Positions 58,128 to 64,000 of a DNA stretch of 64,000 nucleotides are shown here, piece by piece (within the stretch, counting starts at the first letter, position 1; every line of letters begins with the position of its first letter). Below the pieces are notes generated by a model, which saw nothing but the letters and a program-made list of their open reading frames with translations, had not been told where the DNA came from and made no database searches. The translations under genes were made by a program, and so were the position numbers. This DNA is from Lewinellaceae bacterium. GTDB lineage: Bacteria; Bacteroidota; Bacteroidia; Chitinophagales; Saprospiraceae. The DNA lies in NCBI GenBank assembly GCA_016719605.1, contig JADJYW010000029.1, forward strand, positions 260,612 through 324,611, given 5' to 3'.

Positions 58128-59753
58128 ATGGCTACCCGCTCGACTTTGCCCTCCGAACGTTGGTTTTTTTTCGCCTTGTTGCTCATCGCCCTGTTGCCCG
58201 TGTGGGCATCAGGGCGATTTTTCGTCACCGGCGACGGCCCCTGCCATTTGTACAATGCGCATGTGCTGCTGGACTACCTGCTCGGGCGAAACCTGGATTT
58301 TTACGACCCGTTCTACAACCTGAACCTGAACCTGAACCCGAACTGGCTGAGCCACATAGTTTTGGCGGGTTTGCAACTGATTTTCGCGCCGGAAACTGCC
58401 GAGAAAATTTTCCTGTCGAGCTATCTCCTGCTTTTTGGCTTTGGCCTGCGCTACCTGCTCCGGCAAATCAACCCGGACAGTATTTTTATGAGCAGCGTGG
58501 GGCTGCTGTTTGTTTGGCACCACCTGCTCGTGTCGGGTTTTTACAACTTCTCGTTGAGCATCACCGGCTTTTTCTGGATCGGCGGGTACTGGCTGAAGTA
58601 CCGAAAACAGCTGACACCGGGTCGGATCGCGATTCTTGCCACGGGCTGGGTCTTTTTGTACTTCACGCACGCTTTGGGCACGATGTTCAGCCTCGTTTTT
58701 GTCGGCAGCGCCATCCTCGTGGAAGCACTGCGCGCCTTTCGATCGGTTGGGCTTCGGCAGGCCTGGCAACAACACGCCACCAGCACCCTGCGTACGGCTC
58801 TTGCGGCACTGCCCATGCTGGTTTTGCTGGTCTGGTATCTTTTGCGAACACCCCCGAATACCGGCACGGATTCCCGAACTATTGCCGACCTGCTGGAGGA
58901 CTTGTTGCAGCTCAGGAACCTGATCCTTTTGAACTCGACCGAACGCGACACGGTGAAAGCTGTAGCCATTTTTGCCGGGCTGCTCTTCGCGGTCGCGGCA
59001 TGGCTGCGGTGGCGGGAGCGCCGGGCCGCAGCAGGCGATTTTCTGCTCCTGTTCGTAGCCGTGGCATTGTGGCAGTATTTTTCTCCCGAAAATTCCAGGG
59101 CAGCGGGTTTGCAAATCCCCTTGCGCATCCAGACGTTCGCGTGGCTGGGGATGCTGTGCTGGGCGGCTACTGCCAATTTTCCCGAATGGGTGCGGAAAAA
59201 CGCGCCCGCCGCGGCCACCGTACTGCTGGTCGTGCTGACATTTCTGCGCTTTCCGGCACACCGAAAAGCCTCCGAATTGGTGGAAGACTATTTATGGTGT
59301 ATCCCGAAAGTAGCCGACCGCTCGGTTGTGCTGGTGCTCAACTACGATTTCAACGGCCTGGACAAGGCGGGTAAAGCAATTGCCAACAGCAACTGGTTGT
59401 TTGTGCATGCGGCCGACTACCTCGGCGCATACCAGCCGGTCATTTTGTCGGACAACTACGAAGCCACCAAACCATACTTTCCAATCAACTGGCAATGGCA
59501 GCGCGATATGTTTGCCCAAACAGACAAGGACGGGGTCAATTTTGAAAACCGCCCGCCGCGCGCCGACATCCTGAACTACAAGCGTCGCAGCGAAGGCTAC
59601 GACATTGACTATGTGCTTTTTTTGAGCTACGACCCCCGGTTTTATGACCATGACTATGCGCGGGAGATTATGGGGCAGGTTAAGCAGGCCTACGAGTTTG
59701 TCGGTTTTTCTCCAGGGGGCAAAGCGGAACTTTGGCAACGAAAGCGGGAGTAG
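58128..59753 (+). CDS. hypothetical polytopic membrane protein
   Basis: Many hydrophobic helices over the first ~380 aa, then a soluble C-terminal domain. No family recognised. ATG 58128 lies within track ORF 58101..59753. Confidence 0.55.
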   Translation: MATRSTLPSERWFFFALLLIALLPVWASGRFFVTGDGPCHLYNAHVLLDYLLGRNLDFYDPFYNLNLNLNPNWLSHIVLAGLQLIFAPETAEKIFLSSYLLLFGFGLRYLLRQINPDSIFMSSVGLLFVWHHLLVSGFYNFSLSITGFFWIGGYWLKYRKQLTPGRIAILATGWVFLYFTHALGTMFSLVFVGSAILVEALRAFRSVGLRQAWQQHATSTLRTALAALPMLVLLVWYLLRTPPNTGTDSRTIADLLEDLLQLRNLILLNSTERDTVKAVAIFAGLLFAVAAWLRWRERRAAAGDFLLLFVAVALWQYFSPENSRAAGLQIPLRIQTFAWLGMLCWAATANFPEWVRKNAPAAATVLLVVLTFLRFPAHRKASELVEDYLWCIPKVADRSVVLVLNYDFNGLDKAGKAIANSNWLFVHAADYLGAYQPVILSDNYEATKPYFPINWQWQRDMFAQTDKDGVNFENRPPRADILNYKRRSEGYDIDYVLFLSYDPRFYDHDYAREIMGQVKQAYEFVGFSPGGKAELWQRKRE

Positions 59754-59924
59754 GGTTCTGCTGTCGGACACCTTTCAATTTGGTGAAAATCAATTTTTTG
59801 AGAACAGTTTAAGTTTAAAAAAATATACGAAACAGGTGTTGGAACCGCCCTTGGCGAGCATGAGAGTATCTACTTTCAAGCGGAATAAATACCGTTTGGC
59901 TTTCAAAACGATACCCGTCCTTTT

Positions 59925-61488
59925 ATGCTCGTCAAGACTTTTGCCGCCGCCGTGCGCGGTGTGGATGCCCAGACCATTACCATTGAAGTGAATACAGGCG
60001 GGTCTCTGGGTACCACCGCCGACAAGCCCGGCTATTTTATCGTGGGCCTGCCCGACAGCGCCGTACGCGAAGGCCAGCAGCGCACCGAGGCCGCGCTGAA
60101 AAACTCCGGCCTGCGCCTGCCCCGTTTCAAAACCATCATCAACCTCGCGCCCGCCGATGTGCGCAAAGAAAGGCTCGGCATTCGACCTACCCATCACCAT
60201 CGGCATGCTGGCCGGTACGGGGGTGATTCCGGTGGATAACCTCGACCAGTTTTTTATCATGGGCGAGCTCTCGCTCGATGGTTCCCTGCGCCCCATCAAA
60301 GGAGCCTTGCCGATTGCCATTCAGGCACGCAAGGAAAAATTTCGGGGTTTTATTCTGCCTAAGGCCAATGCCCGGGAGGCCGCCATTGTCAGCGATTTGG
60401 ACGTGTATGGTGTGGAAACCCTCAACGAGGCCATTGATGTGCTCGCCGGAGCCGATACCATCAAACCCGTGCAGGTGAACGCCCGGGAGGAATTTGCCGC
60501 CAACCTCGACAACTACGACGTGGATTTCTCCGATGTACGAGGCCAGGAAAATATCAAACGCGCACTCGAACTGGCGGCAGCCGGCGGGCACAACGTGATT
60601 CTCATCGGCCCGCCGGGCGCCGGCAAAACCATGCTGGCCCGGCGGCTACCCACTATCCTGCCCCCGCTCAGTCTGCATGAAGCCCTTGAAACCACCAAAA
60701 TACACTCCGTAGCGGGTATCCTCGACGGAAATTCGGCTCTCGTCACCACCCGCCCCTTTCGCTCCCCGCACCATACCATCAGCGACGTGGCGCTCGTGGG
60801 CGGCGGCTCCGACCCCATGCCCGGCGAAATCAGTGTAGCCCACAACGGCGTACTTTTTCTGGACGAGTTGCCGGAGTTCAAACGCACCGTGCTGGAGGTC
60901 ATGCGCCAGCCCATGGAAGAGCGCCGCGTCACCATCAGTCGCGCCAAGGTATCGGTGGACTATCCGGCCAGTTTTATGCTCGTAGCCAGCATGAACCCCT
61001 GCCCGTGCGGCTACTACAACCACCCCGACAAGGAGTGCGTGTGCGGCCCCGGTGTGGTAAAACGGTATGTATCCAAAATTTCAGGCCCCCTGCTCGACCG
61101 CATTGACCTGCATGTGGAGGTGACGCCCGTTTCCTACGACGAACTCACGGGCACCGAACGGCCAAAAATTACCAGTGCCGAAATTAGGCAGCGCGTCCTC
61201 CGTGCCCGCGACGTGCAGGCCGAGCGCTTCAAAGACCTGCCCGATGTGTATTGCAATGCCCAGATGCCCAGTCGCATGGTACGCGAAGTATGCGCTCTCG
61301 ACAGCGCCGGTATCCTCTTGCTCAAAACAGCCATGGAGCGCCTCCAACTCAGCGCCCGCGCCTACGACCGCATCCTCAAAGTGGCCCGCACTGCCGCCGA
61401 TCTGGCCGGCAGCGCAGATATCCGGATCGAGGATTTGTCGGAGGCGATTCACTACCGGAGCCTGGATCGGGAAGGATGGGCGGGGTAA
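59925..61488 (+). pseudogene. comM: YifB/ComM-family Mg-chelatase-like AAA ATPase, one frameshift as assembled
   Basis: MLVKTFAAAVRGVDAQTITIEV...INLAPADVRKE|GSAFDLPITIGMLAG..., Walker A GPPGAGKTMLARRL and FLDELPEF. There is an extra A in the A-run 60169-60171. Confidence 0.85.
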
Positions 61489-61566
61489 GAATTCATCGTT
61501 CTTCACTACTAAAAACCGTTACTTTGCAGGAAATTGCCAATCATATTGCTGAAACAAAAAAAGAGC

Positions 61567-62205
61567 ATGACCGACCTGCCCAACTATTCCGTAGGCACAG
61601 CTGCCGAACGCTCCGTGCGGGCATTGCTCGACCACGCCCCTTTGGTATTCAGGAGCAGAATGACGCACGAAGAGTTTCACGAATTTGTACTAAGCCATGG
61701 CGATCTGAGAATCGAACGCGACAAACACGGGATCATTACCATCCATCCGCCTATGTCCTTTGATTCCGGCTATTACGAAGGTGAAGGCTTTTTTGCTTTG
61801 AAACAGTGGTCTAAGGCCAACAAACTCGGCATGGCATTCAGCCCATCCACGTCCTTTGATTTGCCTGATGGGGCTGAGTTAAAGGCAGATGGAGCATGGA
61901 TATCCATGGACAGAGTGCGACATCTTCGCCCGGAGGAGCGCAAACACATAGCCCAAATCGTTCCGGACTTCATCATCGAAATGCGCTCGGAGACAGACCG
62001 CATTGCCCAACTGAAAAGAAAAATTAGCGAGGGCTGGATCGCCAATGGCGTGCGTTTGGCCTGGCTCATAGACCCGATAAAAGAACGCGCCTGGATATAC
62101 CGCGCCGATGGCAGCGTGGAAGACGTACATGGGTTTCACCGGGTATTGTCTGGGGAGGACGTGTTGCCAGGATTTGAATTAAGTTTGGCCAGCCTTAAAG
62201 AGTGA
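61567..62205 (+). CDS. Uma2-family (DUF820) restriction-endonuclease-fold protein
   Basis: PDFIIEMRSETDRIAQLKRKISEGWIANGVRLAWLIDPIKERAWIY fits the PD-(D/E)XK Uma2 pattern (PDxxxEhxS...yW.hDP). ATG 61567 lies within track ORF 61534..62205. Confidence 0.65.
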   Translation: MTDLPNYSVGTAAERSVRALLDHAPLVFRSRMTHEEFHEFVLSHGDLRIERDKHGIITIHPPMSFDSGYYEGEGFFALKQWSKANKLGMAFSPSTSFDLPDGAELKADGAWISMDRVRHLRPEERKHIAQIVPDFIIEMRSETDRIAQLKRKISEGWIANGVRLAWLIDPIKERAWIYRADGSVEDVHGFHRVLSGEDVLPGFELSLASLKE

Positions 62206-62239
62206 CTGGGCTTGTCTGCCGGCTAAATATTGGTTTCCT

Positions 62240-64000
62240 TTGCACGTTGTTTCCCAAACCGGTTTTTTCGATTCGTGCAACCTATCCACCACTGTGACCG
62301 GGAATTTGAATTGGTGCCTGACATCCACGTTATCGGCCTGGCTGATAACGGTGGCCGGTTGTTTGGACCTGAAGGCACAAACCTTTTCCAGTGGATACGA
62401 GCGATTTGATACCGAAAACGGATTGCCGCACCGAGAGGTAAATGCAATTCATGAAGACAAGCGGGGATTCATCTGGTTGGGTACGCCGCAGGGTTTGTGC
62501 CGCTTCGACGGCCGGCGGTTTCAGACATTCAACGCGCGCACCGATGGTTTTCAGCACGACAATATTTGGAACATACTGGAAGATGCCGATGGCTGGTTCT
62601 GGTTATTGCCATTGCCGCCTTATGACGATTTTGATATCTGGCATCCCGTCCGGCGCGAACGAACCACCTTTCGGAAAAAATTTGGCATAAACCCGCCAAA
62701 CATCGGTGGTTCGGAAGAATTTTTCGGTTCCTATTCCGATTCGTGGGTAAGGTCGAAATCTGACGGAGCCATTTTCACTTTTTTGAACGACTCGACGCTG
62801 ATGTCCTGCCATCCGGACCATGGATTGAAAACTGTGGCGACGGAAAAACTGACCAATCCTTTTATCATCGCGGCCGAGACGCTTGTTTGGGTGCTGAGCG
62901 GAATCAATCGCTTGGTGTGCCTGACGCCTTCCGGCAAAACCGTGCGGTCAATTTCGTCGGCCAAGCCGATTGCTTTCGGCGCCCAGGATGCCCCTAAACC
63001 ACCGTTTTATTTCTTTGATCGCGACCTTTACGGCACCAAAAAACCCTACCGGATGGATGCTTCAGGACAATCGCACCAACTGGGGCAAGCCTACCGGCAT
63101 CCGGTTTTGCTCCACGGGGCCGACAAACCCCATTTGGGGGAAGACCTGATTCTGGACCGTACGGCGATTTTCCGTACAGACGGCAGGCAGGTACTCGATC
63201 TGGCGGCTATATGGAAAACACACGGCCAAACCCTGGAGAACAAAGAGCGAAAAATAGTACGCAGCCTGTACTTCGATCGGAGCGGCAAACTGTGGATGGG
63301 CGGCAGTTTCGGCCTGGAGGTGTTTTCCATTCAAAAAATAATTTTGAACGCTACCTCTGGAAACCCAAGGATTGGGAGTCCACACGCGGCATTTGGGCCA
63401 ATGACAAACGGATATTAGTGAACCGGGAAGCCTACGGGACGTGCATGATCAACCGGAAGACGGGATCGGTGCGGGATGTTTTTTCCTTTTCCGCGAAATT
63501 TGGCTTCTATGCGATCAGCCCATTGCGAGCAGGCGGTTTTGTTGTCGGGCACGACAACCGCTTGTTTTTTATTCATGACGACGGCAACCTGATCCGGGAC
63601 TTGCACACCGAATTCCCCAGCTGGTCGCTTCTGCAACGCCCCGATGGGTCGTTTTGGATTGGATCGGCTACTGGTATCAAGGTGCTGGACGCCCAAACCG
63701 GCGTAATTCAGCCGCTCCACCTTCCGCCTGCTTTTCGGGACCTGGCGGAGGCAGCCGTCATGCATATAGGCGCCGACAGGGCCGGCCGGGTGTGGGTCTG
63801 CTCGAACCGAGGGCTGTTTCGGGCGAATGCTTCCGGCGTAATAGAAGCGCAATATTCCACCTCCGGCAAGGGGCGGTTTTACCTGCCGCACAACACGATC
63901 CATCATTTTTACGACGACGGGAAAAGCCATCTCTGGCTCGCCAGTGGCGGCGGCGGGCTGATCCGGCTTGCGCCGGATCCGGCCGACCACAAAGAAGGGG
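62240..64000 (+). pseudogene. two-component-regulator propeller (Reg_prop repeat) sensor protein, N-terminal part, one frameshift as assembled; runs off the right edge
   Basis: Repeats such as FDTENGLPHREVNAIHEDKRGFIWLGTPQGLCRFDG. After SIQK the sequence continues as NNFERYLWKPKDWESTRGIWANDKRILVNREAY...GRVWVCSNRGLFRA...HLWLASGGGGLIRL in another frame to the window end. One A is missing in the A-run 63333-63338. The start codon is uncertain. Confidence 0.6.

Noticed and set aside
13773-63338. Programmed ribosomal frameshifting or phase variation as the explanation for the broken genes
   Set aside because: The sites are short runs (2-6 nt) of all four bases with both +1 and -1 changes. There are no slippery heptamers or downstream pseudoknots. 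The affected genes are unrelated housekeeping genes including lpxD. Homopolymer sequencing error is the simpler explanation, although I cannot prove it without reads.

Overview
This 64-kb chromosomal segment looks Bacteroidota-like. That is an inference from T9SS-type C-terminal sorting domains on two secreted proteins, TTTG/TAnnTTTG promoter-like motifs, a TPR sensor kinase fused to a receiver and AraC domain, a long type-2 IleRS, and no Shine-Dalgarno-like leaders. I can support about 45 protein genes. Most are housekeeping: ileS, proS, glgB, lpxD, a UvrD/PcrA-type helicase, thiL, rnhB, hpt, rfbC, cinA and comM/yifB. There is also a TetR-TolC-MFP-RND efflux operon, four peptidases (M43, two M1, M29), an Mrr-like restriction endonuclease, a Uma2-type endonuclease, an ORF6N protein, and two tRNAs (Thr-CGU, Pro-CGG). 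I saw no rRNA, CRISPR array, transposase or integrase. The most notable observations follow. (1) ileS carries an in-frame, A+T-rich insertion of about 500 nt. It encodes a DUF559/Vsr-like endonuclease domain followed by a translated, perfect 37-bp inverted-repeat pair, and it has no intein signatures. (2) A related G/C-rich repeat-like 152-nt block interrupts the receiver domain of the hybrid sensor kinase. (3) At least 11 single-base frameshifts, most of them in short homopolymer runs, break 8 otherwise intact genes, including essential lpxD. This most likely reflects assembly or sequencing error rather than true pseudogenisation. (4) Several short repeat families occur: an ACTCAAA heptamer microsatellite at three loci, C/A-rich tandem repeats abutting three start codons, GAGACGCGGAG-type hairpin elements, and a G15 tract inside an inverted-repeat-bracketed intergenic element. 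(5) A two-gene A+T-rich cassette sits antisense inside the efflux operon. All family assignments come from motif recognition by eye and memory. No searches were run.
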